Shown here: positions 7,279-17,076 of the stretch, one piece after another
Layout of the letters: each line of letters opens with the position of its first letter
How positions within the stretch are numbered: the stretch's first letter is position 1
DNA from: Candidatus Margulisiibacteriota bacterium
GTDB lineage: Bacteria; Margulisbacteria; WOR-1; O2-12-FULL-45-9
Direction of reading: 5' to 3'
Length of the DNA: 64,000 bases
Assembly (NCBI GenBank): GCA_034723395.1
Contig: JAYEOW010000004.1
Coordinates: 1-64,000, forward strand
Position numbers and translations under genes: made by a program
Notes under the pieces: model-generated
Seen by the model: only the letters and a program-made list of their open reading frames with translations
The model's database searches: none
What the model was told of the DNA's origin: nothing

Positions 7279-8444
7279 TATTCACGTACTCCCTGATAAT
7301 TTATAAGCGGCATTTCATCAATATTCTGCAGGTTGGAAAAAACAGACTCGATATCTTCGACACAGATATCCCTGCCACCCAATCCATAAATATAGTTGAT
7401 AACCTTTGGTTTACTCTGGAGATCAAATAATGCGGAGCGGACTTCGGTAAACAACGGGCCTCCCTGTGCACTTAAGGAATCCGAACGGTCTAAAACCGCC
7501 ACCCCTTTTAATTTTGCCAATGTCTTAACCACTTCTTCAGCGGCAAAGGGTCGAAAAACGCGGACCTTTAACATCCCCGCTTTTACTCCTTTTTCCCTTA
7601 ACTGATCAATTGCGACTTTCGCCGTACCGCAAGTCGAGCCTAAGGCAACGATCGCAATTTCGGCATCATCTAATTTATACTCTTCAAAAAAGCCGTATTC
7701 ACGGCCAAACTTCTTGCCAAAATCTTTCCCGACTTCGAGGATCACCGGCCCCGCATTTTTCATCGCTTCGGCGATCTGCCGGCGATGCTCAAAATAGTAA
7801 TCCTGCAGGTCGATCGCCCCGAAAGTTTTCGGTTTATCAATATCCAATACGGAATTTTCCGCTTTTCTGTCGCCCAGGTACTTTTTCACCTCGGCATCTT
7901 CGAGCATCTCGATCCGCTCCATCCCGTGGCTGATAATAAAACCATCGGTAGAAGCCCATCCGGGGAGTTTTACCCTTGGATCTTCAGCGATCTTTACCAC
8001 CTGAAGCACATTATCATAAGCTTCCTGCGGATTTTCCGAAAACATCTGGATCCAGCCAAAATCCCTCGCCCCCATCGTATCGCTATGGTCACAATGGATA
8101 TTGATCGGTCCGGACAGCGCGCGGTTAACGATCGACATAACGATCGGAAGTCTAAGTGCGGCAGCAATCGGAAGGATCTCATACATTAACGCCAGTCCCT
8201 GCGAAGATGTTCCTGTCATTACTCTCGCTCCGGCAGATGAGGCCCCAACACAGGCTGACATCGCCGAATGCTCTGATTCGACTGGAATATACTCAGTATC
8301 CACCAGTCCGTTAGCGACAAACTGGGCAAAGATCATCACAATTTCGGTAGCTGGCGTAATAGGGTAGGCAGCGACAACATCAGGATTGATCTGGCGCATC
8401 GCCTCGGCCATCGCTTCGTTCCCGGTTTTTGCTGCAATAGGCAT
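7278..8444 (-). CDS. porA: Pyruvate:ferredoxin oxidoreductase alpha subunit
   Basis: YPITP, ESEHSA, TSSQGL, YGLGG motifs. Confidence 0.93.
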   Translation of the reverse strand: MPIAAKTGNEAMAEAMRQINPDVVAAYPITPATEIVMIFAQFVANGLVDTEYIPVESEHSAMSACVGASSAGARVMTGTSSQGLALMYEILPIAAALRLPIVMSIVNRALSGPINIHCDHSDTMGARDFGWIQMFSENPQEAYDNVLQVVKIAEDPRVKLPGWASTDGFIISHGMERIEMLEDAEVKKYLGDRKAENSVLDIDKPKTFGAIDLQDYYFEHRRQIAEAMKNAGPVILEVGKDFGKKFGREYGFFEEYKLDDAEIAIVALGSTCGTAKVAIDQLREKGVKAGMLKVRVFRPFAAEEVVKTLAKLKGVAVLDRSDSLSAQGGPLFTEVRSALFDLQSKPKVINYIYGLGGRDICVEDIESVFSNLQNIDEMPLINYQGVRE

Positions 8445-8446
8445 AA

Positions 8447-8764
8447 TTACTTCCTTTCCTTCTCCATTTTCAGGGCCCGTTTATCCTGTTTGGTCGGGCA
8501 TTCGTGGACGCAAATGCCGCACCCTTTACAGTGATCGTAATCGATCCCGACCATCTTGCCATCTTCAACAATGATCGATGCATCAGGACAAGCAACCCAG
8601 CACATCATGCATTGGATACAATTCTCCTTATTCCAGACCGGTTTTTCCGACCGCCAGTCGCCGGTCTTGAATTTATCGGCGGTTCCGGCCTCCAAAACAT
8701 CCCCTTCGGGAAGAGACTTCCATCCTGGTTTATCCTGCCTGCCGGCAGGCACGGCCTGTATCAT
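8447..8764 (-). CDS. porD: Pyruvate:ferredoxin oxidoreductase delta subunit (2x[4Fe-4S])
   Basis: TGDWR motif and two CxxCxxCxxxCP motifs. Confidence 0.92.
   Translation of the reverse strand: MIQAVPAGRQDKPGWKSLPEGDVLEAGTADKFKTGDWRSEKPVWNKENCIQCMMCWVACPDASIIVEDGKMVGIDYDHCKGCGICVHECPTKQDKRALKMEKERK
8736..8751. repeat. Perfect 16-bp palindrome TGCCTGCCGGCAGGCA inside the porD 5' end
   Basis: Self-reverse-complementary; encodes part of VPAGRQ; half copy CGGCAGGCAGG at 2875-2885. Confidence 0.75.
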
Positions 8765-9339
8765 TCCCCTACTACCTCCTGATAAGCGCGTTTAACCGCT
8801 TCAAGGTTACCATCGATCACTTCGGGCTTATGGGCGAATTTTTTCTTTAGCTTTTTCTCTATATCCTTGATCACATCTTCAAATTTTAAAAGGTTTGAAA
8901 CCTTTACCAACGCCCCTAACATCGGGGTATTTGGTATATTTTTTTTGATTGTGTCCATCGAAACCTTTGACGCATCGATGGTAAATATCTTTTTCCCTTT
9001 TAATTTGAGCTGGTCCCTGACCTCTTTAGGCTTATGGCTGGTATTAACAACTAAAATCCCATCTTCGGGAAGACCCGCAGTTACATCAACGGTAGACATT
9101 AAAGTTGGGTCTAATACCAAAACAATGGAAGGGCTGGTGATCGAACAGTGAAGGGTAATCGGCTTATCGGATAAACGATTAAATGAGGCGACGGGAGCAC
9201 CCATTCGCTCCGGACCGTACTCCGGGAAAGCCTGGATATACTTCCCCAAAGACATTGCCGCGTCTCCAAATAACAGAGCGGCGGTTTTTGCCCCCTGTCC
9301 TCCTCTACCGTGCCATCTTATTTCAATTATGTTATCCAT
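8761..9339 (-). CDS. porC: Pyruvate:ferredoxin oxidoreductase gamma subunit
   Basis: HGRGGQG, YGPERMGAP, NTPMLGA motifs. Confidence 0.93.
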   Translation of the reverse strand: MDNIIEIRWHGRGGQGAKTAALLFGDAAMSLGKYIQAFPEYGPERMGAPVASFNRLSDKPITLHCSITSPSIVLVLDPTLMSTVDVTAGLPEDGILVVNTSHKPKEVRDQLKLKGKKIFTIDASKVSMDTIKKNIPNTPMLGALVKVSNLLKFEDVIKDIEKKLKKKFAHKPEVIDGNLEAVKRAYQEVVGE

Positions 9340-10022
9340 GGTTGTAATCTCGAAAGCGCTATTTTATCAAATAATATTCCAAAAATCAACAGCAAAATCA
9401 CCGGGACAATCGCGCCGGCAAATGCCAGCCATTTCGGAACGCCATAGGTTTTTCTCCCGGCGATCGCCCACAAACCATACAAATAAAGCAAGGTAAAGAA
9501 GTAAATAACTTCAAAACCGACCTGGAAGAGTTGGAAAGAGAGGCTGCCAAATTTGGATATGATCATCAGGAGCAGGACCAGCAGTACGCTTTGGATCGCT
9601 GCCGTACTGTAAAACATGCTTTGGATCATCCGGTTCATGCTCCCCTTCCCCTTCAGGAATATATACACATAATGTAGCACAACCCCGGTCAGGTAAAACA
9701 TCAAGAAAAATCCGAGGCTGAACGCCCCGCCTAGAATAAGGAGGGTGATCACAAAAAAGACAAAGGCAAGGGTTGCTAAAACGGGCATAATCATCAAGAA
9801 ATTAAGACCGTGCAAGCCCTCTATCAAGGTACCCCCGATCGGGACATACTGGACAACAAAAATAACGATCGCTGCTGATAGTCCGATAATCCATGAAGTA
9901 ATCAACAGAAAAGACAAGCTCTTTTCTCGCCAGTCTTCCTCTTTTAACCTGGTATAAAACCAGATCGGCTGCATTATGATCGCCCACCAGGTATTACAAT
10001 AATTTTTTAACTCGTTAATCAT
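9327..10022 (-). CDS. Yip1-like multi-pass membrane protein
   Basis: About five hydrophobic helices; N-terminal P-xx-F-F/Y pattern. Confidence 0.55.
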   Translation of the reverse strand: MINELKNYCNTWWAIIMQPIWFYTRLKEEDWREKSLSFLLITSWIIGLSAAIVIFVVQYVPIGGTLIEGLHGLNFLMIMPVLATLAFVFFVITLLILGGAFSLGFFLMFYLTGVVLHYVYIFLKGKGSMNRMIQSMFYSTAAIQSVLLVLLLMIISKFGSLSFQLFQVGFEVIYFFTLLYLYGLWAIAGRKTYGVPKWLAFAGAIVPVILLLIFGILFDKIALSRLQPWIT

Positions 10023-10616
10023 TTAAACCTCCCTGCGGCCTTCGAAGGCCTTCGAAAGTGTCGCTTCATCAGCATAATCCATATCAGCGCCGATCGGCAG
10101 GCCATAAGCTACCCGAGTCAGTTTTAATCCTAATGGCCGGATCAGCCGACTAAGGTAAATATTGGTCGCCTCCCCCTCGGTAGTAGGACTAACCGCCAAA
10201 ATGATCTCGCGGAACTTGCCGTTTTCCAGGCGTTTTAAGAGCTCTCTGATCCTCAAGTTATCCGGGCCAATGCCATCCAGAGGAGAAATCAATCCACCCA
10301 AAACATGGTATTTTCCATTATACCCTCTGGAGCGTTCGATTGCCATAAGATCTTTCGGCTCCGCGACAATGCAAAGCAACTCCTTATCACGAACATCATT
10401 GCCGCAAATCTTACAGGGATCGATGTCGGTAATGTTATAACAGGTAGAACAATGCTTGAGATTATCCTTCGCGTCTTTGATCGATTCCACAAGCAGATCG
10501 ACATCTTTTTTTGAGCTTTGCAGGACATAAAAAGCGAGCCTTTGGGCCGACTTTGGCCCGATCCCCGGCATCTTTTGTAATTCTTCTATTAACTTATTTA
10601 GTGTTTCTGCGTACAT
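10023..10616 (-). CDS. recR: Recombination mediator RecR
   Basis: PGIGPKSAQRLA HhH motif, C4 zinc finger, TOPRIM EGEAT. Confidence 0.97.
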   Translation of the reverse strand: MYAETLNKLIEELQKMPGIGPKSAQRLAFYVLQSSKKDVDLLVESIKDAKDNLKHCSTCYNITDIDPCKICGNDVRDKELLCIVAEPKDLMAIERSRGYNGKYHVLGGLISPLDGIGPDNLRIRELLKRLENGKFREIILAVSPTTEGEATNIYLSRLIRPLGLKLTRVAYGLPIGADMDYADEATLSKAFEGRREV

Positions 10617-10647
10617 ATTTTTAAATTAACAATTAATAATGATTACT

Positions 10648-10932
10648 TCAGGACATTCCCGGAAGGTTCATCCCGCCGGTCACACCTTTCATCTTCTTGG
10701 CCGCTTCATCCTTGGCAGTTTTCAATGCCTTATTAACCGCGTCTTTAACCTTTTTGTCATTCTCCCCTAATCCGCTAACCTCCTTGATCTCCATGTCTCC
10801 GCTGATTTTTATATTAATTCCGTTACTTGAAGATTCGAAGACCGAATTCTCAAGCTCTTTCTTTACCTGCTTCATTTTCCCCTGCATATCCCGGGCCATT
10901 TTTACCATATCGCCCATGTTTCCAAAGATCAT
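10648..10932 (-). CDS. ybaB: YbaB/EbfC nucleoid-associated protein
   Basis: Conserved dnaX-ybaB-recR order; size and Met/Lys-rich helices fit. Confidence 0.88.
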   Translation of the reverse strand: MIFGNMGDMVKMARDMQGKMKQVKKELENSVFESSSNGINIKISGDMEIKEVSGLGENDKKVKDAVNKALKTAKDEAAKKMKGVTGGMNLPGMS

Positions 10933-12431
10933 GTAAGGACCCTCCCTTCAAAAAATTCGGCCACTGTATTTGCCGACAAAGCCGGCTCTTTTTTCCCGTT
11001 GGAAACAATACATTCGATTGGAACCTTCTCCCCTACAACCTCCTGGATCGCATCTTCGACCGACAGCTTATTTTTGACTTCTTCCAGCCGCTCTTTGTGG
11101 AACGCGTAACCGCGGCGGAAAGAGATCACCAGCTTACCTTTATCGTTAACTTCGACCGGCTCCCCTTCGTGGAGGGAAACGTAACTGAAGATACTTTTCT
11201 TCCTTACGTTTTCGAGGATATCTTTCCAATGTGTTTTGACGCGCGTTATGCGTCCACCGGACGCGATGGGCGAATCGTTTTGCGATATGCGAGGTGCGTC
11301 CGCTTTTCGCGCTTCGACCTTCGTTTCGCGCTTCACTTCCGCTTCCGCACTTCGTTCTCCAAGTAATTCCAGCAAAGCAACCTCCAGCACAAGCCTCCCA
11401 TGCGGGTGCCACTTCATATCCAGCTCGGCCCGCGAAAGGGCGCGAATAACATCCTTGATCTTATTAAGCGAAAATATTTCGGCCTGCACTTTTAATCTCT
11501 TAAGATAGTCATGGGTCAATTCTAGAGCTTCGCCAGAACCGACCTTAAGATGGAGTAGATTTCTAAAATGCGAAACCAGATCCCTGGTAACTTGCGCGGT
11601 AGATCTCCCCTCTTCAAGACCTTTACCGATCAACTCTAAAACCTTGGCAGAATCGTTCCCGGCCACCGCATCTGCAAATGAGAAGAGAAGCTCTTCATCC
11701 GCCGTCCCCATCATCATTACCACATCATCATAAGATATTTTATGCCCGGAAAAGGAGACCAACTGGTCCAAGAGCGAGATCGCGTCGCGCATCGCCCCCT
11801 CCGCCATCCGCGCGATCAGGTTCAACGCCTTATCATCGATCTCAAAACCCTCTTTCTTAGCGACTGCTTTAAGATGAGCTTCGATTTCTGACAGCTTAAT
11901 CCTGCCAAAATCCAATCGCTGGCAGCGGGAAGAGATCGTCAATGGAACTTTATGCAATTCGGTAGTCGCTAACACAAAGATAGTGTGTGACGGGGGCTCT
12001 TCCAAGGTCTTGAGCAAGGCATTGAAGGCTTCCGAAGTCAGCATATGAACTTCGTCGATAATATAAACTTTGTAACGTCCTTCTACCGGGGCGTAGCGAA
12101 TTCTTTCGCGGAGTTCACGGATCTCATCAATTCCACGATTAGAAGCGGCGTCGATTTCAATTACGTTAACCGAATGACCGCTGGTAATTTTTTCGCACTG
12201 GGAACATTTTCCGCAAGGATTAGGGGTCGGCCTCTTTTCACAATTGAGTGCTTTGGCCAAAATTCGAGCGGTAGAAGTCTTCCCCGTTCCCCGTGGGCCG
12301 GAGAAAAGATAAGCGTGGGCTAAACGATTGTTTTTGATCGCGTTCTTTAAGGTCTGGACAATCGCCGGCTGCCCGACGACTTCATCAAAATTCTGCGACC
12401 GCCATTTTCGATAGAGTGAGATATAGCTCAT
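10929..12431 (-). CDS. dnaX: DNA polymerase III gamma/tau subunit
   Basis: LYRKWR, GPRGTGKT, EIDAASN, DEVHML, SRC motifs. Confidence 0.97.
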   Translation of the reverse strand: MSYISLYRKWRSQNFDEVVGQPAIVQTLKNAIKNNRLAHAYLFSGPRGTGKTSTARILAKALNCEKRPTPNPCGKCSQCEKITSGHSVNVIEIDAASNRGIDEIRELRERIRYAPVEGRYKVYIIDEVHMLTSEAFNALLKTLEEPPSHTIFVLATTELHKVPLTISSRCQRLDFGRIKLSEIEAHLKAVAKKEGFEIDDKALNLIARMAEGAMRDAISLLDQLVSFSGHKISYDDVVMMMGTADEELLFSFADAVAGNDSAKVLELIGKGLEEGRSTAQVTRDLVSHFRNLLHLKVGSGEALELTHDYLKRLKVQAEIFSLNKIKDVIRALSRAELDMKWHPHGRLVLEVALLELLGERSAEAEVKRETKVEARKADAPRISQNDSPIASGGRITRVKTHWKDILENVRKKSIFSYVSLHEGEPVEVNDKGKLVISFRRGYAFHKERLEEVKNKLSVEDAIQEVVGEKVPIECIVSNGKKEPALSANTVAEFFEGRVLT

Positions 12432-13519
12432 TTATAAATTCTTGGCACTCGCTTTCCTATTCCGCAAACTACTTCGTAAGAAATCGTCTCTTCAAGTTTT
12501 GCCACTTCATCAGCCGAAATTAGCTGGCCGTCCTGTTCGCCGATCAAAGTAACTTCATCCCCCACTTCAATTTTCGCATCGGAAACATTTACCATGCTCA
12601 GGTCCATTGTAACACGACCGACCACCGGATAGCGCCGCCCGCGGATGATAACCTGACCGCGGTTGGAAAGGCGCCGGCTAAAACCGTCAGCGTAACCGAC
12701 CGGAACGGTGGCAATCGTTGTCTCTGCCGGAGTCACATAAGTACATCCGTATGAAAGTGGCGTCCCTTTTGGGATCCGTTTTAAATATGTCACCCGGCTC
12801 CTAAAAGAGAGGGCCGGTTTTAAGCTTACTAAACTTCGCGAATTTCCCGACGGATAAAGTCCGTACATCATCAGTCCGACCCGGACCATATCCAGATGCG
12901 TTTCGGAATGAAAAAGGACGGCGGCCGAATTGGCCGAATGTTTGATCGGGATATGGGCCACTTTTGAAATAAGCTGTTTGAATTTTTCAAACTGCCCCTT
13001 GGTATAGTGGTCGTTCGGATCTTCAGCCATCGCAAAATGGGTAAAGAACCCCTCGACATGCAGACCAGGCAGAGAAGAAATTTTTGTGATGAATGCCATC
13101 GCTTCCGATGGAGGAACACCTACACGTCCCATCCCGGTATCAACCTTAATGTGAATATTGGCGTTTTTTTTCCTCTTCTGCGCCTCTTTTGATAAAGCCT
13201 CAGCTTCAGAATACGAATAGATCGTTTGGGAAAGGTCATATTGGATAATTTCGTCCATCACCGAAGTAGGAGATTCGGTAAGGATCAGGATTGGAGAAAC
13301 GATCCCCGCTTCGCGAAGTTCGAGCGCCTCCCTTAAGTTGGCAACCGCTAAATAATTCGCCCCCGCATCGACCGCCGCCCTGGAAACCGCGACCGACCCA
13401 TGGCCATAAGCATTCGCCTTTACCACCGCCATAAACCTTACCGACGGTTTTAAAAGGCCGCGTATCTGCGAAATATTATGTTTAATCGCCTCTAGGTTTA
13501 TTTCGGTGTAGGTATTCAC
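12428..13519 (-). CDS. alr: Alanine racemase
   Basis: VVKANAYGHG PLP motif, DTGMGR, GYADG. Confidence 0.97.
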   Translation of the reverse strand: MNTYTEINLEAIKHNISQIRGLLKPSVRFMAVVKANAYGHGSVAVSRAAVDAGANYLAVANLREALELREAGIVSPILILTESPTSVMDEIIQYDLSQTIYSYSEAEALSKEAQKRKKNANIHIKVDTGMGRVGVPPSEAMAFITKISSLPGLHVEGFFTHFAMAEDPNDHYTKGQFEKFKQLISKVAHIPIKHSANSAAVLFHSETHLDMVRVGLMMYGLYPSGNSRSLVSLKPALSFRSRVTYLKRIPKGTPLSYGCTYVTPAETTIATVPVGYADGFSRRLSNRGQVIIRGRRYPVVGRVTMDLSMVNVSDAKIEVGDEVTLIGEQDGQLISADEVAKLEETISYEVVCGIGKRVPRIYK

Positions 13520-14321
13520 TTCTTATTTTTTCCATCAGGTCATCGGTAATCGAAACATAGCCGATCCCGATCTCCCTGCCGCTCCGCTTTCCGTGATAGT
13601 CGCTCCCGCCGGTCGCAAGCAATGCATATTTTTTGGTTATATCCAAATAGTGCGCCGTCTGTTCCCGATTATGGCCAGGATAGTAGACCTCGATCCCCGC
13701 TAATCCGGCCGAGATCAGGTCGGGAATGATCTGGTCGCAATTCGAGACCGCCGGATGAGCGTAGACAGGGATCCCTTTCGCGGCAATCACCAGCTTGATC
13801 GCCTCCTCCGGAGAGAGTTTATAATGCGCAACGTAAGCCGGCCCGTGAAAGTCGATATATTTGCCAAAGGCCTCTTTAAAGTTCCTAACATACCCCTCTT
13901 TGATCATGGCGCGGGCGATATGAGGTCTCCCGGCAGCGCGGTGCCCGGCAATCTCAAAAACCTTTTCCGCCTCCAGCGATATCCCAAGTTCTTTTAGTTT
14001 TTCGCAGATCTTAAAGATACGCTCTTCGCGGCTTTTCTGTATCTTTTTTATCGTTTTCAAAAGGGTGTGATCATGATGGTCGATATAGTATCCCAGGATA
14101 TGGATTTCGGCACCCAGCGCCTCGGTGGTGAACTCAATCCCGGGAATAACCTCAACCCCGAGATCTCTCCCTTTCTTGGCCGCGCGATCGATCCCGTCGA
14201 CCACATCGTGATCGGTAATCGCCATCTCAGTTATCCCGGCATTCTTCGCCTTTTCAACGACAACTTCGGGACTGTCGGTTCCATCCGAGAAATTTGTGTG
14301 AACGTGCAGATCGGCCGGCAT
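13482..14321 (-). CDS. PHP-domain phosphoesterase (YciV/TrpH-like)
   Basis: DLHVHT, ITDHD, GRPH, GGSDYHG motifs. Confidence 0.9.
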   Translation of the reverse strand: MPADLHVHTNFSDGTDSPEVVVEKAKNAGITEMAITDHDVVDGIDRAAKKGRDLGVEVIPGIEFTTEALGAEIHILGYYIDHHDHTLLKTIKKIQKSREERIFKICEKLKELGISLEAEKVFEIAGHRAAGRPHIARAMIKEGYVRNFKEAFGKYIDFHGPAYVAHYKLSPEEAIKLVIAAKGIPVYAHPAVSNCDQIIPDLISAGLAGIEVYYPGHNREQTAHYLDITKKYALLATGGSDYHGKRSGREIGIGYVSITDDLMEKIRSEYLHRNKPRGD

Positions 14322-14359
14322 TATTTAATGATTATAGCATAAAAAAGGGAAGGTCTCAA

Positions 14360-14953
14360 TCAACGCGGATTGGTATATAAAATATAAGCCAGGTAGTCAA
14401 AAACCTGCGGTGAGATCTCCAGATCGAGCAGCGAATGGGTGAAGGCACGGGCGGCAACTTCGCTTAAGCCTTTAATATAAACCTCTTTTACGTAGGGGCC
14501 AAAACGCCACGCTTCAAATTTATAGCGCTTATATATCTCCCCGATCCGGTCCATCTCCAGGTGATGAAAAAGCTCGTGGGCAACCATAAATTTCAGGAGA
14601 TGATCAGCCAGCTCAGAAGACTTTATTTCGCGCAGCAGCTTTTCGTGAAAATCACGATAGATCACAATTTCCTGCTGCTCTTTGCGGTATTCCGACCCCT
14701 TTGCCCTGCCGCGATCTTCACCAAAAACCTTTACTCCGAGCTGCGCTGCGATCTTTCGAGGATCTTTAGTGTCGTACTCCGCCACTACCCAGCTTGCCAC
14801 CTCATCGCCGATCGAAATAACTTCTTTGACCAGTTTTAATTTTTGCTCTTCAGATAATTTCTCAAATGTTTTATCTTTGGCCAATTCCATGTAGGCCAGG
14901 GCGATCCGGTTCCTCTCAATGATCGCTTTCCCCTTATTTCTTTGCTTGGTCAT
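14360..14953 (-). CDS. Hypothetical protein with HExxH zincin-like motif
   Basis: VAHELFHHLE with a downstream E (LSEVAA). Confidence 0.65.
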   Translation of the reverse strand: MTKQRNKGKAIIERNRIALAYMELAKDKTFEKLSEEQKLKLVKEVISIGDEVASWVVAEYDTKDPRKIAAQLGVKVFGEDRGRAKGSEYRKEQQEIVIYRDFHEKLLREIKSSELADHLLKFMVAHELFHHLEMDRIGEIYKRYKFEAWRFGPYVKEVYIKGLSEVAARAFTHSLLDLEISPQVFDYLAYILYTNPR

Positions 14954-14961
14954 AAGATCAC

Positions 14962-15636
14962 CTAATCTCCAAGGTCATCAACTGCCGCCCTAAATTCTCT
15001 AACTGTTTTCTCGACCTTTGACGGAGTATCACCCGTGACTATTGAGGTCAGCATCAGTCCTTTTGCCCCCGTATCAGAGATGATCGCGACTTCGGAAGGT
15101 CGTATCTGGCGCTGAGTTGGGACTATCACGGGAACACCGGCGGAAAGGACGACCGAAATGTAATGCTGTAGATCACCCACGATCAGGTGCTTCCCCTTCC
15201 CCGCAGCGGGGACGATCGCCGCATCTATTGCCTCAGGCTTTTTAACCAGGCTCTGCATCAAAGTGTCCAGGGTATATTTGCTGTTAAGCGCCAACACCCT
15301 GGATATCCCTTTCAGCTTCACCATAAAAGGGGGGACTATATTTGCGTCAATATTAAAAAAGTCAAAACCCAGTTTCTTGATCTCTTCCATCTCATCTTCA
15401 TCGGCATGGACCTCCTGTCCGGGAACGATCCCCACCGGAATAACCGAATCTTTAACGATCTTCACAAGATCATCCTTCTCTTCATAAAAAGTTTTAAAAT
15501 AAGATGTATTGATGTGGAGCTGCAGCGCGTCCACCCCACCAGCAATCGCTGCCTCTGCCATCGCTTTATCGTTCTTTGGCAAAGCAACCATCAAGGTCAT
15601 CTTATTTTCGTTAAGTAGATTAATCAGCTTGGGCAT
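14962..15636 (-). CDS. Hypothetical TIM-barrel-like protein
   Basis: Alternating beta/alpha pattern resembling phosphate-binding barrels; operonic with queH. Confidence 0.6.
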   Translation of the reverse strand: MPKLINLLNENKMTLMVALPKNDKAMAEAAIAGGVDALQLHINTSYFKTFYEEKDDLVKIVKDSVIPVGIVPGQEVHADEDEMEEIKKLGFDFFNIDANIVPPFMVKLKGISRVLALNSKYTLDTLMQSLVKKPEAIDAAIVPAAGKGKHLIVGDLQHYISVVLSAGVPVIVPTQRQIRPSEVAIISDTGAKGLMLTSIVTGDTPSKVEKTVREFRAAVDDLGD

Positions 15637-16129
15637 GCTTTGCCTCCTTGGCGCAGCCGCAATATTTCTGCCTGTATAATTTCATCTCCCTGGCCATTTG
15701 CTGGCCCTCCCGAAAACCGGTCCGGAAATCGTGATAAAAGAATTCGATCCCTGCCTTTTTGCCTATCTCCTCCCCCATCTGTTTTAACAGCTCATGCTTC
15801 TGATAAGGGCTAATCAATAGGGTCGTTGAAAAATAATCGGAGCCGCTCTCTTTGGCGAAGCGCGCGGTCTTTTCCAGCCTCACCTGGTAACAGTTCTTGC
15901 AACTACCCGGCTCGGTACGTAAATCATTCGCTTCGTAAACGGCCTCAAACCCAACCGCGGCCGCATATTGCCCCATCGCTAGCTTCCTTCGCTCGTACTC
16001 TTCGGCCGGAAAGATATTTGGATTATAAAAGTACCCGGTGACTTTGAAATTGTTTTCGACAAGCCACTTGTTAGTATATGCAGTACAGGGCCCGCAGCAT
16101 GTATGCAGCAAAACTTTAGACAAGTCCAA
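15620..16129 (-). CDS. queH: Epoxyqueuosine reductase QueH
   Basis: LLHTCCGPC, YNPNI, CxxC, STTLLISPYQ, YRQKYCGC motifs. Confidence 0.92.
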   Translation of the reverse strand: MDLSKVLLHTCCGPCTAYTNKWLVENNFKVTGYFYNPNIFPAEEYERRKLAMGQYAAAVGFEAVYEANDLRTEPGSCKNCYQVRLEKTARFAKESGSDYFSTTLLISPYQKHELLKQMGEEIGKKAGIEFFYHDFRTGFREGQQMAREMKLYRQKYCGCAKEAKHAQAD

Positions 16130-16991
16130 ATTCCTTCAGGATTTTCCCGAGTTTCGCTTTTTCTTCCTGGTTCGCTCCGATCATCGGAAGACGCAGTCCG
16201 CCGACCGGAAACCCGATCATTTCTACACAGGCTTTGACCGGTATCGGATTTGTCGTGATAAACATCGCTTCGAACATCGGCATAAGTCGATCGGAGATCG
16301 CCTTTGCCTCTGCCTTTTTACCTTCCAGAAAAAGGGAGGTCATCTTTTTGATATCATTTCCCACAATATGCGCGGCGACCGAGATAATCCCAATCCCTCC
16401 CCGCTCCATGATCGGATAGGTCAGGTTATCATCGCCGCTGTAGATAATGAAATCTCCCGGGCATCTTTTCCGGACATCCGCAACCTGGTCCAGGTTGCCG
16501 GAAGCTTCTTTGACCGCAACAATATTTTTTATCTCTGCCAGCCTTACCATCGTATCGGTTTCAATATTTTTCCCGGTCCTTCCCGGAATGTTATAGACAA
16601 TTATCGGCAGCGAGGTCGATTCGGCTACCGCTTTAAAGTGCTGATACAGCCCTTCCTGCGGCGGCTTATTATAGTACGGCGTTACGATCATTATCCCGTC
16701 AACGCCGATCTTTTCCGCCTCCTGGGTCGATTTGATCGTGGTAGCGGTAGAATTTGATCCGGTCCCGGCAACGATCTTACATTTATTCCCGACCGCTTTT
16801 TTTACTACACGATAAAGTTCATATTCTTCATCGTGGGTAAGTGTCGGTGATTCTCCAGTAGTCCCGTGAAGAACTAACCCATCAGATCCATTATTTATCA
16901 GATGGTCAGCCAATTTCTCTGCCATGGAATAATCCATAGAAAGATCATTTCTGAATGGCGTTACCATCGCGGTTAATACATTTCCGAACAT
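16116..16991 (-). CDS. dapA: 4-hydroxy-tetrahydrodipicolinate synthase
   Basis: GTTGES, YNIPGRT, KEASG, NPIPVK motifs; GAGGAGG SD. Confidence 0.97.
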   Translation of the reverse strand: MFGNVLTAMVTPFRNDLSMDYSMAEKLADHLINNGSDGLVLHGTTGESPTLTHDEEYELYRVVKKAVGNKCKIVAGTGSNSTATTIKSTQEAEKIGVDGIMIVTPYYNKPPQEGLYQHFKAVAESTSLPIIVYNIPGRTGKNIETDTMVRLAEIKNIVAVKEASGNLDQVADVRKRCPGDFIIYSGDDNLTYPIMERGGIGIISVAAHIVGNDIKKMTSLFLEGKKAEAKAISDRLMPMFEAMFITTNPIPVKACVEMIGFPVGGLRLPMIGANQEEKAKLGKILKEFGLV

Positions 16992-17040
16992 AACTAATTC
17001 CTCCTCAACTCGGTTTCCAGATATTTTATCATAAAAAAAG

Positions 17041-17068
17041 TGAAATATCTTTATTTTAATCGCGATAT
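17041..17068 (+). promoter_or_regulatory. Putative alternative-sigma (sigma28-like) promoter TGAAAT-N16-CGATAT
   Basis: Same motif and spacing at 20572-20599(+) and 53326-53353(-). Confidence 0.6.
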
Positions 17069-17076
17069 AAAGGCAA

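Noticed and set aside
10988..10994. AAAAAAG as a dnaX -1 frameshift site
   Set aside because: It is not in the A-AAA-AAG phase and lies about 20 codons from the stop.
16038..16757. 239-aa plus-strand ORF and the many similar antisense ORFs (e.g. 510-1079, 33189-33836, 58119-58649)
   Set aside because: They are shadow frames opposite well-supported genes and show no recognisable motifs.
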